Shown piece after piece: positions 10,737-20,775 of a stretch of 64,000 nt of DNA. The position numbers and the translations under genes are program-made. The stretch spans positions 1,280,001-1,344,000 of the forward strand of contig OY969706.1 of assembly GCA_963702095.1 (NCBI GenBank), read 5' to 3'. Below the pieces are notes generated by a model. It did not search any database. It saw only the letters and a program-made list of their open reading frames with translations, and had not been told where the DNA came from. This stretch comes from Candidatus Bathyarchaeota archaeon (GTDB lineage Archaea; Thermoproteota; Bathyarchaeia; Bathyarchaeales; Bathycorpusculaceae). The first letter of the stretch is position 1, and each line of letters begins with the position of its first letter.

Positions 10737-11506
10737 TTGAGTAGTTCCTCAACGACTGCTTTTAAGTCGCCTGTTCCGGTTAACTTGAGGAATATGTCTT
10801 CTAAGCCTGAGCCCGGTGCGCTTGCTCTCTCACGGAGCTCGCTCATGTTACCCAACGCTATGATGCTGCCCTGGTACATGATGCCTATGCGGTCACACAC
10901 TGCCTCTGCAATTTCTAAAACATGCGTTGATAAGATGGTGGTTACTCCTTGGTTTTTGAGTTGGTGGAGGTAGTCTTTGACGATTTTTGCGCTGCGGGGA
11001 TCCAACGCGTTGAGTGGCTCGTCGAGAATCAGCAGTTTCGGTTTATGGAGGAAAGCTCCAATCAAGCTTACCTTCTTTTTCATACCATCCGAGTAACTGT
11101 TAATCATGTCTCCCTCGCGGCCTTCAAGCTGGAGCGCTTTGAGGTATTCGGTTATCCGCTGCTTCTTTTCAGCGTTAGGTACACTGTAGATGTCGGCTAT
11201 GAAGTCAAGGTACTCTATCCCTGTTAAGAACTCGTAAACGTTGGGGGATTCAGGAACATAACCTACTTGCCGCTTGACGGCAACAGGGTCTTTCTGCACA
11301 TCTATACCCAACACGATAACTTGGCCTGCGGTGGGCTGAAGCAAACCCAGAAGCATCTTTAGAGTGGTGGATTTGCCTGAACCGTTCGGACCCAGCAAAG
11401 CGAAGATTTCGCCTGTCGGAATGGTTAAGCTGATGTTGTTCACTGCCAATATTTCGTTGTAGCGTTTAGTTACGCCTACAAGTTCAACTGCGTTTGCACT
11501 GCTCAT
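10733..11506 (-). CDS. ABC transporter ATP-binding protein
   Basis: GPNGSGKS, YSDGMKK, LDEP; likely start MSSANAV. Confidence 0.9.
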   Translation of the reverse strand: MSSANAVELVGVTKRYNEILAVNNISLTIPTGEIFALLGPNGSGKSTTLKMLLGLLQPTAGQVIVLGIDVQKDPVAVKRQVGYVPESPNVYEFLTGIEYLDFIADIYSVPNAEKKQRITEYLKALQLEGREGDMINSYSDGMKKKVSLIGAFLHKPKLLILDEPLNALDPRSAKIVKDYLHQLKNQGVTTILSTHVLEIAEAVCDRIGIMYQGSIIALGNMSELRERASAPGSGLEDIFLKLTGTGDLKAVVEELLK

Positions 11507-11619
11507 CCCAAACACACCCACCCATCTGAATAGATAATAATCCGTATTTAAAAGTAATGTGAGTAACCCGCGGTTCTCAAGTGAAAAGAACATTCTGGAG
11601 CTAAAAAAATGAAAAAGGA

Positions 11620-12066
11620 TCAAACAAAGTTTAATTCAAAACTAATCGGTACAGCTTCACCCCATGACTGCCGAATTGGACAAATCTTCTGCGCCATACC
11701 ATAAACCGTAGTTGCTTTCTTACGCTCCCACTCGTTATCGTTCAGCAAACCCACGTTCATAACAAAGTGCACGTCCGTGAAAATCAGTTTCTCCATTCCT
11801 TCCACATCCATCTTTACCGTTGCATTGGTCTCAAGTTTTTTGAGGTCTAATTGACTATTTCTTGCAATCAACATAAAGAGCGTGTTTATACAGGATGCCA
11901 AGGCTGCGGCGAAAATGTCTTCGGGGGTACAGTAGCCTTCTTTTCCACCAAACGATGGGGGCGGACTGACCGCGACGAATTGTTTACCTCTGGCTGAGAG
12001 TGTGCATTCGGTTTCTCCATTCCAAGTGGCGCTTCCTTCAAAATTTAGTTCGGGCATAGAATTCAC
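11620..12066 (-). CDS. OsmC/Ohr family protein
   Basis: PPPSFGG..TPED..AAALASC and CPI. Confidence 0.85.
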   Translation of the reverse strand: MNSMPELNFEGSATWNGETECTLSARGKQFVAVSPPPSFGGKEGYCTPEDIFAAALASCINTLFMLIARNSQLDLKKLETNATVKMDVEGMEKLIFTDVHFVMNVGLLNDNEWERKKATTVYGMAQKICPIRQSWGEAVPISFELNFV

Positions 12067-12140
12067 AGTTTAGATTCTATACTACGTCTCGATTTATTTT
12101 TTGCGGTAATCCCTTCACAGTATTTGCCGCAATTGTTCTG

Positions 12141-12425
12141 TTATTGCCCTTGCTCCTGTCTGAGCTTACGATACTCCTCTTCTGTCAACCTCTCAAGGTA
12201 TCCGGTGTGCGCAAAAACCGTCAAGTAATGGGCAACCAATCCGATTCCCCAGAAAACCAGCGGAAACAAAAACCATGGAAAAACCGTTAATCCCCCGGTA
12301 AAGAGCCATATCAGAAATAACATTGTATTGACACCGATGTAAACGGCAAGGTGAATGTAGAATCCGAGCTTAGCTTCCGCTCTGGTTCTTGCTCTCCGCC
12401 GGAGTTCGTCCTCTGAAACCGACAC
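12141..12425 (-). CDS. 2TM domain protein
   Basis: GFYIHLAVY...WF.FP..FWGIGLVAH signature; start uncertain. Confidence 0.8.
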   Translation of the reverse strand: MSVSEDELRRRARTRAEAKLGFYIHLAVYIGVNTMLFLIWLFTGGLTVFPWFLFPLVFWGIGLVAHYLTVFAHTGYLERLTEEEYRKLRQEQGQ

Positions 12426-12576
12426 AAAAACACCAACCCTATGTTGGTGCAACTATTATTAAACATTTTAGCCAGCGCTAACCAACAGATATGCGTCCTA
12501 AATAAATCTATATTGCAAGCAAATACCCTTAAATCCACCAAAAGTTCCAATGCTAAAAAAGAGAGACACACCAAAA

Positions 12577-13566
12577 ATGCCCCCTGCAATCGAAACCCAC
12601 AAGCTAACCAAAACTTACAGCCACCTAAAAGCAGTTGACAGCCTCGACATTTCCGTTGAAAGCGGCGAAATTTTTGGGTTGCTATGCCCCAACGGAGCAG
12701 GTAAAACCACCACCGTGTCGATGCTATGCACCATTCTAAAACCAACCTCTGGCACCGCAACGGTAAATGGATATGACATCGTGCGGGAATCCAACAAGGT
12801 AAGAAAATCCATAGGCATAGTCTTCCAAGACCCAAGCATCGACGACCGCTTAACAGCCAAAGAAAACCTCACCATGCACGCCAACCTCTACGGCGTACCC
12901 GCCTCCGAGCAAAGGGGACGCATCGACCGTATCTTAAAACTTGTGGAACTTGAAGACCGAGCAGACGATTTACTGCGTACTTACTCCGGTGGCATGCGCC
13001 GGCGGCTTGAGCTGGGCAGAGGTTTGCTGCATTACCCCAAAGTGCTCTTCCTCGATGAACCCACCGTCGGGTTGGACCCTCAGACCAGAGACCACATCTG
13101 GAAATACATCAAAGAACTAAAAGAAACCCACGACATCACAGTCGTTTTAACCACCCACTACATGGATGAAGCCGACAGGCTATCAGACCGCATCGCAATC
13201 ATGGACCACGGCAAGGTTGTGGTGTTAGATACGCCCCCTAAACTAAAAGAAACCCTTGAAGGCGACGTCATAACGGTTCGGGCAAACAACGTCGAAGTCC
13301 TGTCGGATTTAGTGGCTAAATGGCTCGGATTCAGCAAACGCAGCATCGTTGACGGTACCTTAGAAATTACGGTGCCCAGTGCCAAAGCAGCGATGCCCCG
13401 CATCATGGAAATAGCAACCCAAAACAACATCTACGTCGAATCCCTGCTCTCCCGTGAGCCTAACCTCGAAGACGTTTTCCTCCACTACACAGGCCGCTCG
13501 ATACGTCAAGACTCAACTAAGGAGCTGCATGGCTTATCGGCGGCTCGCAGGAGAGCCATAAGATGA
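12577..13566 (+). CDS. DrrA-like ABC exporter ATPase
   Basis: (C)PNGAGKTT, YSGGMRRR, LDEPT. Confidence 0.9.
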   Translation: MPPAIETHKLTKTYSHLKAVDSLDISVESGEIFGLLCPNGAGKTTTVSMLCTILKPTSGTATVNGYDIVRESNKVRKSIGIVFQDPSIDDRLTAKENLTMHANLYGVPASEQRGRIDRILKLVELEDRADDLLRTYSGGMRRRLELGRGLLHYPKVLFLDEPTVGLDPQTRDHIWKYIKELKETHDITVVLTTHYMDEADRLSDRIAIMDHGKVVVLDTPPKLKETLEGDVITVRANNVEVLSDLVAKWLGFSKRSIVDGTLEITVPSAKAAMPRIMEIATQNNIYVESLLSREPNLEDVFLHYTGRSIRQDSTKELHGLSAARRRAIR

Positions 13567-14324
13567 CTGAGACACGTGCACTCTACACGCTGTGGCTGAG
13601 GGAAATCAAACGTTTCCTCCGCGACAGGGCACGCGTAATCATAAGCTTCATTCAACCGTTGCTGTGGCTGGTGGTTTTCGCCGCTGGGTTTGGGGCACGC
13701 CTAACAATCCCCGGCATTGACTACCAGCAATACCTTTTCCCAGGTATCATAGGGCAAACACTGCTTTTCACAGCGATGTTTATGGGCGTCAGCGTTATTT
13801 GGGACCGAGAATTCGGCTTCATGAAGGAGGTCCTTGTTTCCCCCGTTTCACGGTTCACTATTTTCATCGGCAAAATGTTCGGCGACAGCACAGCCGCCTT
13901 GCTGCAAGGGGTTATAGTGTTTGCCTTCGGCTTCCTACTGGGCATACCCTTTAACCCCTTAACATTGTTTGCGGCACTACCGGTCATGCTCATAATTACC
14001 TTTGGCTTGGTCAGTTTGGGTTTAATTCTCGCCAGTTTCATGGGCAGCCTCGAAAACTTCGGCGCCATCCAAACCTTCATCAACCTGCCCCTGTTCTTCA
14101 CCAGCGGCGCCCTGTTCCCAGTTACTGGTCCCGGTGCACCTGAATGGCTTCAAATTGTCTCAACGTTCAATCCCCTCACATACGGCGTAGACGCGTTACG
14201 AACGGTGATTTTGGGTTCTGCCTGGACGCCGCTGCATCCGCTCATCGTTGATTTGGGTGTAATCAGCTTTTTCGCTGTTGCAATGGTTGGAGTTGGCACA
14301 TGGGCTTTTGGCAGAATGAAGTAA
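13563..14324 (+). CDS. ABC-2 permease
   Basis: WDREFGFMKE, NPLTYGVDALR. Confidence 0.9.
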   Translation: MTETRALYTLWLREIKRFLRDRARVIISFIQPLLWLVVFAAGFGARLTIPGIDYQQYLFPGIIGQTLLFTAMFMGVSVIWDREFGFMKEVLVSPVSRFTIFIGKMFGDSTAALLQGVIVFAFGFLLGIPFNPLTLFAALPVMLIITFGLVSLGLILASFMGSLENFGAIQTFINLPLFFTSGALFPVTGPGAPEWLQIVSTFNPLTYGVDALRTVILGSAWTPLHPLIVDLGVISFFAVAMVGVGTWAFGRMK

Positions 14325-14343
14325 AATGAAAAGGTACAAGTGG

Positions 14344-14631
14344 TTACTGTTTGTTGGTCATTTCGTTGATTTGCTCTTCCATGGCGTGTCCGCGGCAGTA
14401 GACTTCGGTTTTCTGGACGCCTGGGACGGTTTTGGCTGCGTCTCGGATGTCGGCGGCAAGCTTAAAAGCTATGGGGCAGAAGGGGCTGGTGGGGACAAAT
14501 TCAACGGTGACTGCTCCGGGCGCTGTTTCTTTAACGCTTTGGATCATCTGCATTTCTTCAAAGGTTTGCCCGGTTTCGGGGTCTTGAACTTTGCCTACTT
14601 CTAAACGTACTTTGTCTTCTAATTCAGTCAT
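14344..14631 (-). CDS. DUF59/SufT-like Fe-S cluster assembly protein
   Basis: DPE..., PTSPFCP motif. Confidence 0.85.
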   Translation of the reverse strand: MTELEDKVRLEVGKVQDPETGQTFEEMQMIQSVKETAPGAVTVEFVPTSPFCPIAFKLAADIRDAAKTVPGVQKTEVYCRGHAMEEQINEMTNKQ

Positions 14632-14957
14632 TAAGTTCTAACCTCAATGATTTTAAGTAGATATGGATGAATATGGCATATAAACTAATTGACCATTTTT
14701 TATTGTTATCATCCCTCTTTAGTGCTCTCAAGGTTGCTTTTGCCTTTCTAGAAAAGGGTTTTTTAATAGAAAAGCGAATTTGTTGATTTGATCATCATTT
14801 AGATTCACTTTTTACTGATGGCTTAAGTGCATTTATCTAAAGCAAATCCTTTTGAATGGTTCATTTTTTTACTCTGCACAGAAAAGCGTTGCAAAAATTT
14901 AAATAGCTATTGGTTGGAAACACAGGTCTTACAGATAAAAGGAGAAACACAACAAAA

Positions 14958-17630
14958 ATGAAAATATCAGGTAAAATGGCAACTTTTCTATCCGCGATCT
15001 TATTGATTTCAATTGCAGTCTCAACGGTATCACTCGCAGCAAGCCAGGTGACATTCCCACCTGAAACAGAGATTCCAACATATGCAAACATTAACGTAGG
15101 ACCAAATCCAATCGGCGTTGGACAAACAGTTAACGTCAACTACTTCCTAGCAACAGTGCTCGAATCCAGCGAAGGACCAATTAACATGACCGTCATAATT
15201 ACCGATCCAGACGGCGTCACTGACACAAGAAGCAACCTTAAAGGCGACACTACTGGTGGATCATTCTTCAACTATGTTCCAACCAAAGTAGGCAACTATA
15301 CCTTCCAACTCAAATACGGCGGACAAATCACAGGCGCTGGCGGCATGTTCGGTCCAGGCTATTCAGGACTACATGAAATGCCCAGCGAAAGCAAAGTCTA
15401 CACCCTCGTAGTGCAAGAAGAACCGATAACACAAACAGCATGGCCTATCACTCCACTGCCTACAACATACTGGGAAACACCAGTTTCGGCACAGAACGTG
15501 CAGGAATGGTACTCGATTATGGGTCCATGGCTAGGCTTTGGAAGCATCACTTTTGCCTCTACAGGCGCATACAACGCAAGCAGCTTATGCAACCCGTACA
15601 CTCCATCCGTATATGCCGGACACGTCCTCTGGACCAAAACATGGGGTGCAGGCGGTGTAGTCGGCGGCGACGCAGGCGGAACAGAAGACACAGGCAACTA
15701 CTGGTCAACAAGACAATACTGGCCACAATACGCACCAGTCATCATGAACGGAAGAATGTACTCTACATACTACCCAGAAACAACAGGCTACTCAGCAGGC
15801 ATAGTATGCACAGACCTATACTCTGGAAAGACAATATGGACTCTTAACACCACAAGCGTCTTGCGATGCGGAATGGAAACCCAATGGAAGACAGCAAACA
15901 TGTACGGCGTAATCGGACCCTACATCATTACAACTGGCGCTCTTCCAGCAGCAGAAACAGGCGGAATCAAAGTTAACAACGTTGGAACACAATACAACAT
16001 GTATTCAGCAGAAACAGGGCAATATGTCCTCAGCATTGTTAACGGCTCAAGCTTAACATTGAAAGCAGATGCAAATGGAAACCTCATAGGTTACTACCTT
16101 GACAACGCACCCGGAACAAAGTTCACTTATGGTCCAGCAGCCCCATTCGGAGGATCACCAGTTACAGGGAACTTTACCGTCGCTGACGCTAACCACCCAT
16201 ATCTGGCATGTTTCAACCTCTCCATGGCACTCGGTAACGCTTGGGGCTGGTCACCATCACAGAACACCGTGATCGATTTCAAGTCCGGCATAATGTGGGG
16301 CAAAGCAATACCCACTGACATCGCAGGCGCAGCTATCGTCCCAACACTATCCATAGACGGAATCAACCCATTGACCGGCAACGCAGTCATATTGACAGCA
16401 GGATACGTTCACATGCAAGGCGGCGGAGACGAACAAGCAGGATGGCTAGTAACAGCCGCAATGGACGACACCACCGGCGATTTGTTGATGTGCAAGAACT
16501 TTACATTCCCAACATTTCAGTCGTTACTGCCCTTCACCAGAACACAAAGCACCAACGTTGACGGAATAAGGATCATTACCAATGAAGTCAATAACGCAGT
16601 CGATGCGTTCAATGTTCGCACAGGCGAAAAAATGTGGTCAAGCACACTAGAATCTGATTCAGGCAACACCAACGTTTACGACATATTCGGCTACAAAGGC
16701 GCTGGCGCAAACGGCCTCTTCATCGTCTTCGGCTTAGGCGGAGATATGTGGGCATATGACGCCAAAACCGGTACAGAGCTATGGTACACCAACACAACCA
16801 AACTCGTCGGCGACCCAGGCATCGAAACACCCTATAACGTTTGGCCACTATGGGTTTTCAGCCCACAAGCCTTCACAAAAGACGTCGGATACTTCGGTAT
16901 CGGCCACGAATACAACCCACCGCTATTCCACGGCGCACAAATGATCGCAGTAAACTTAACTGACGGCTCACTAGTCTGGAGCGAATTAGGCACCTACATC
17001 CGATCAATAGCAATCGCAAACGGAGTCCTACTATCACAGAACGCATACGACAACCAAATCTACGCATTCGCTAAAGGACCAACCAGTGTTACAGTCAACG
17101 CTCCAAGCGTCGGAGTATCCACAGCCACACCTATAAGAATCACCGGTACAGTCACCGATATTTCAGCAGGCGTATCACAGTCCGAAGTCGCAAAGAACTA
17201 CCCCAACGGTCTACCATGCGTCTCAGATGCAAGCCAAAGCCACTTCATGGAACACGTCTACCAAAACCAACCAATGCCAAACGACATAACAGGCGTACAG
17301 ATCACATTAGCAGTCGTTGACGCAAACGGCAACTACCGCGAAATCGGCACAACAACAAGCAACCCAGACGGCACATTCGGCTACACATGGACACCAGACA
17401 TCGCAGGCGACTACACACTCTACGCAAGCTTCGCAGGCTCCAACTCGTACTGGCCAGCATCATCTTCGACCTCACTCTATGCAGGCGAAGCAGCAACACC
17501 AGCCCCAACAGCAATGACAGCTCAACCAGTCGACAGCACGATGACAATCGTCGGCGTCGGCGTGGCAATCATAGTTGTCGTCCTAATTGTTGGCGCAGTA
17601 ATAGTGATGATGCTAAGAAAACACCCATAA
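14958..17630 (+). CDS. Large cell-surface protein with PQQ-like beta-propeller repeats and C-terminal TM
   Basis: Signal peptide; AYDAKTGTELW-type repeats; C-terminal TM followed by RK. Confidence 0.8.
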   Translation: MKISGKMATFLSAILLISIAVSTVSLAASQVTFPPETEIPTYANINVGPNPIGVGQTVNVNYFLATVLESSEGPINMTVIITDPDGVTDTRSNLKGDTTGGSFFNYVPTKVGNYTFQLKYGGQITGAGGMFGPGYSGLHEMPSESKVYTLVVQEEPITQTAWPITPLPTTYWETPVSAQNVQEWYSIMGPWLGFGSITFASTGAYNASSLCNPYTPSVYAGHVLWTKTWGAGGVVGGDAGGTEDTGNYWSTRQYWPQYAPVIMNGRMYSTYYPETTGYSAGIVCTDLYSGKTIWTLNTTSVLRCGMETQWKTANMYGVIGPYIITTGALPAAETGGIKVNNVGTQYNMYSAETGQYVLSIVNGSSLTLKADANGNLIGYYLDNAPGTKFTYGPAAPFGGSPVTGNFTVADANHPYLACFNLSMALGNAWGWSPSQNTVIDFKSGIMWGKAIPTDIAGAAIVPTLSIDGINPLTGNAVILTAGYVHMQGGGDEQAGWLVTAAMDDTTGDLLMCKNFTFPTFQSLLPFTRTQSTNVDGIRIITNEVNNAVDAFNVRTGEKMWSSTLESDSGNTNVYDIFGYKGAGANGLFIVFGLGGDMWAYDAKTGTELWYTNTTKLVGDPGIETPYNVWPLWVFSPQAFTKDVGYFGIGHEYNPPLFHGAQMIAVNLTDGSLVWSELGTYIRSIAIANGVLLSQNAYDNQIYAFAKGPTSVTVNAPSVGVSTATPIRITGTVTDISAGVSQSEVAKNYPNGLPCVSDASQSHFMEHVYQNQPMPNDITGVQITLAVVDANGNYREIGTTTSNPDGTFGYTWTPDIAGDYTLYASFAGSNSYWPASSSTSLYAGEAATPAPTAMTAQPVDSTMTIVGVGVAIIVVVLIVGAVIVMMLRKHP

Positions 17631-17637
17631 AAAAATA

Positions 17638-17673
17638 AGGGCGAATATCAATCCCCTTTCCCTTTTTTGTTTT
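17638..17673 (+). terminator. Hairpin plus T-tract terminator
   Basis: AGGGG...CCCCT followed by T runs. Confidence 0.5.
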
Positions 17674-17901
17674 AAAGGCTTGTTAGGAACGTGGCTGAGA
17701 GGGCTCTGGATAAAGTTAACCTAGTAGTAGGGTAGTTGAAGGATGGTTTAGTTGCATTTTCCATTCTTTTCTTCCTTAAACGGGTTCCAGAGCCCCAGCA
17801 AACCCTTATCCAAAGCAACATTTATTCGTTAGAAACCTCAGTACAACACTGTACACACTGCTTGATTAAGGTCAAAGTAAATGTGTTTAGTGGTGAATTG
17901 A

Positions 17902-18321
17902 TTGGCATTTGACGAATCATGTATTTTCTGTAAGATAGCCGCGAAGAAAGCGCCGTCAAGCATAATTTACGAAGACGACGCAGTCTTAGCTTTCCTAGAT
18001 ACTCGACCCTTAAACATGGGACACACACTTGTTACCCCAAAAAACCATTACGTAGACGTCTTTGATATTCCCGAAAAAGCACTCTGTCAAGTTTACCTTG
18101 CAGCCAAAAAAATTTCTGGACCAATAAAAAAAGCCACCTGCGCCCAGGGCATCAGCATTTTCCAGCAGAATGGCACTGCAGCAGGTCAAGACATCTTTCA
18201 TTTGCATGTGCATGTGGTTCCCCGGTTTATGGGGCAGACTTTGCCGCGGTTCAGCGAACTTGAAGAAGCAAAACGCAGCATGCTTGATGAGATGGCGGCG
18301 AAGGTTCGGCTGCAATTCTAA
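17902..18321 (+). CDS. HIT family hydrolase
   Basis: CIFCKI, AGQ..FHLHVHVVPR. Confidence 0.92.
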   Translation: MAFDESCIFCKIAAKKAPSSIIYEDDAVLAFLDTRPLNMGHTLVTPKNHYVDVFDIPEKALCQVYLAAKKISGPIKKATCAQGISIFQQNGTAAGQDIFHLHVHVVPRFMGQTLPRFSELEEAKRSMLDEMAAKVRLQF

Positions 18322-18397
18322 CTCTTTTCAACGTGTTAAGGGTTGATTGATGGAGACGGAGACTCCTCTATGCTAATGGTTGATCTTCTTTTCTGCT

Positions 18398-18595
18398 CTA
18401 AGCGTGTGTTTCCAGTATATGCTGTTCTTCGTCTATCATGACAAATTGTATGTCTTGCTCTGTAGTTTCTGTTTTGACTGTGTTTTTGGCGTTGTGTGGC
18501 TTTGACTGAAGCCTGTACATGGTCCATCCGAACACGAATAAAACGGTGGTTATGGGCAGAAGCAGTATAGCCCTCAATCCAGGTTTCTTTCTCAT
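18398..18595 (-). CDS. Small single-TM hypothetical protein
   Basis: MRKKPGLRAILLLPI..., hydrophobic segment with charged tail. Confidence 0.5.
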   Translation of the reverse strand: MRKKPGLRAILLLPITTVLFVFGWTMYRLQSKPHNAKNTVKTETTEQDIQFVMIDEEQHILETHA

Positions 18596-18733
18596 ATAGT
18601 ATGTATGCAGTCTTGACTTATAATAATGTTCCCTTTTTTTATTCAAAAAGAAAAATGAACAAACAATCGGCTTCTTAGCTCCAATGAGCCTTTGAGAGTT
18701 AAAAAATGGGTTTTTTGAAGAGGTTGCTCAGGT

Positions 18734-19174
18734 TTACATTGGTTTTGCTACCTCTTCCATTTTGGGCATTAACACCTTGTCTATGGCGTGGCATACGCCG
18801 TTGTCCACGACTATGTCTGGGTTTGTAATGTTTGCTCCGTTAACCTTCATGTTGCGATGTAGATGCCACCGTTTATTGTCTATGTGGAGTTCTCCGCTGT
18901 TTAGCGCCTGCAAATATTCATGCTGAGCCAAATCTGAAGTCATTAACCTGCCCTCCACCACATGGAAAGTCAAAATATCCCTCAACTTCGCAGTATCTTT
19001 GAGCAGCAATTCCAGCGTTCCCGTTGGAATCTTGGAGAAAGCCAGGTCAGTCGGCGCAAAAACCGTGAATGGACCCGTGCCTTTCAATGTATCCACTAAC
19101 CCTGCTGCTTGAACAGCCTGCACAAGTTTGTTAAACATGCCTGAAGAAACCGCTGTATCAACAATATCTGCCAA
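18734..19174 (-). CDS. Fasciclin (FAS1) domain protein
   Basis: GPFTVFAPTD.AF, NGVCHAIDKVL. Confidence 0.92.
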   Translation of the reverse strand: MADIVDTAVSSGMFNKLVQAVQAAGLVDTLKGTGPFTVFAPTDLAFSKIPTGTLELLLKDTAKLRDILTFHVVEGRLMTSDLAQHEYLQALNSGELHIDNKRWHLHRNMKVNGANITNPDIVVDNGVCHAIDKVLMPKMEEVAKPM

Positions 19175-19256
19175 AAGATTTTCACCTCCCGCAATTCAGA
19201 AATTAGAAGTTACATTACAATATTGAGGGATAAAACGTAGATAAACTTTGCCTAAA

Positions 19257-19745
19257 CTATGGCTGCATGGTTTTAAATCGCCAATACGCTCTGTAAGGTG
19301 CTTCCTGCCCCATCTGCCAAAACGCCGCGGACAATTCACCGTAGTGAACCATATCCTCCATGACCATGTGGGTCAAGCATGCTTCCACTGGCAGAGTTGT
19401 GTACTGTTTGTTCCATGGCAAAATTATTTGGCGGTTCAACTCTTGCTCAGATAGGTCTAAGAGGTATTTGTCGGTATTCTGATGGGTTACCCGCATATAC
19501 CCATCCAATTCGTCCATGTTCGTGAAGACGTTGAAGGCTGGGTCCACCCATTCGCTAAAGCGCCCCACTAAAATGAAGCTTATCCAGCGGTCCTCCACAA
19601 GCGTAAGATGTACAAACACGTCACGCATAGAATCAAAACTCAAGCCCCTGGGTGCCACTACTTCTTCCCATGGCAGCTTCGACATCGCCTCTAAGTAGGA
19701 TTCGCGGACCACATGGTTGTAATGAATTAAATCGGTGACTTGCAT
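19257..19745 (-). CDS. DinB/YfiT family protein
   Basis: H..VE..W and H....VH.GEL pattern. Confidence 0.8.
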   Translation of the reverse strand: MQVTDLIHYNHVVRESYLEAMSKLPWEEVVAPRGLSFDSMRDVFVHLTLVEDRWISFILVGRFSEWVDPAFNVFTNMDELDGYMRVTHQNTDKYLLDLSEQELNRQIILPWNKQYTTLPVEACLTHMVMEDMVHYGELSAAFWQMGQEAPYRAYWRFKTMQP

Positions 19746-19870
19746 AAGTCAGCCTATCTTTTAATTTTTATATTAAAGTTTGGTTGAAAAGGACGCTTGT
19801 TGGAAGTGGTAAGGGCTTTTTAGGTTAATTTAGCCTTCTATAGCTGATGTTGATGTGCGATTGGTTGTTT

Positions 19871-20049
19871 TTTCTCTTTATGCGGGTGTGGCGGTTTGTG
19901 GGGTGCCACAAGACGGCAACTGAGGGCGGTTGCTTTTTTTGGAGGCTTTGCGTTTCGGCGTCTGTTTCGGTGTGGGAAAGCTAATTTCTTCCACATGCGG
20001 TACATGGCTCCATGCAGAAGCGGACGCGTGTGGATGTGGAAGCATGTAT
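19871..20049 (-). repeat. R1 dispersed structured repeat, copy D
   Basis: Reverse complement aligns to 47631-47810 with one 1-nt deletion. Confidence 0.9.
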
Positions 20050-20185
20050 CCTCTATTTTGCGGGAATCAACCACTTTTAATCCATTGACATGGAAAAAAC
20101 AGGTCCGCGCGGGCCTATCTGAACAAAAATTTTTTAAATGATCAGCAAGTTAGTGGTAACCAGCATTTTAGGAGAGGAAAAAACC

Positions 20186-20590
20186 TTGGACATTGCATCC
20201 TTGCTGATAGGACTCATAATCAACGTTATCTTCTGGATTATCGCGGTGGCTCCGGCACTCTGGATTTCAGGCAGGCTTTTAGCGGGCAAACATAACGCAA
20301 GATTTACCGACGCACTCTGGATAGTCTTAATTGGAACGGTTGTTTTCTATTTCTTCAACTACTTCGTGGGAAGCTTCTTCGAAAGCGGCATCATATGGAC
20401 TTTGCTGTCTTACTTTATTCTGCTGGTGATATGGCTGGCTTTAGTTAAGCATTTCTTTGACTGTGGCTGGCTCAAAGCATTAGTGATAAGCATCATAGCA
20501 ATAATAATCGCAGTAATAATTTGGGTAATTATCTTGTTTATACTGGGATTGATTGGATTGAGCTTAAGCGGGCTCCCCAACCTAATGTAG
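20186..20590 (+). CDS. Membrane hypothetical protein
   Basis: GGAGAGG followed by a TTG start; four TM segments. Confidence 0.7.
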   Translation: MDIASLLIGLIINVIFWIIAVAPALWISGRLLAGKHNARFTDALWIVLIGTVVFYFFNYFVGSFFESGIIWTLLSYFILLVIWLALVKHFFDCGWLKALVISIIAIIIAVIIWVIILFILGLIGLSLSGLPNLM

Positions 20591-20775
20591 ATGATGAATT
20601 ACCTCTAACCCAACTTTTTTATTTCCAGATAAATGAAAACGAAGCCGCATAATTGCATTGCAAAATAAAACAAACGTCTTGCTTTGCCTTCAGTTATTTT
20701 GCATAGAAACGCCCTGCATGCACATGAGGGATGTTTAGAAAAAAAACAAAAAAAGAAAAGAAAGGATTGTTTGAT

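Noticed and set aside
18350-18385. Fluoride riboswitch-like GGAGACGG..CTCC..GCTAATG
   Set aside because: No pseudoknot partner, and it lies between convergent genes with no downstream target.
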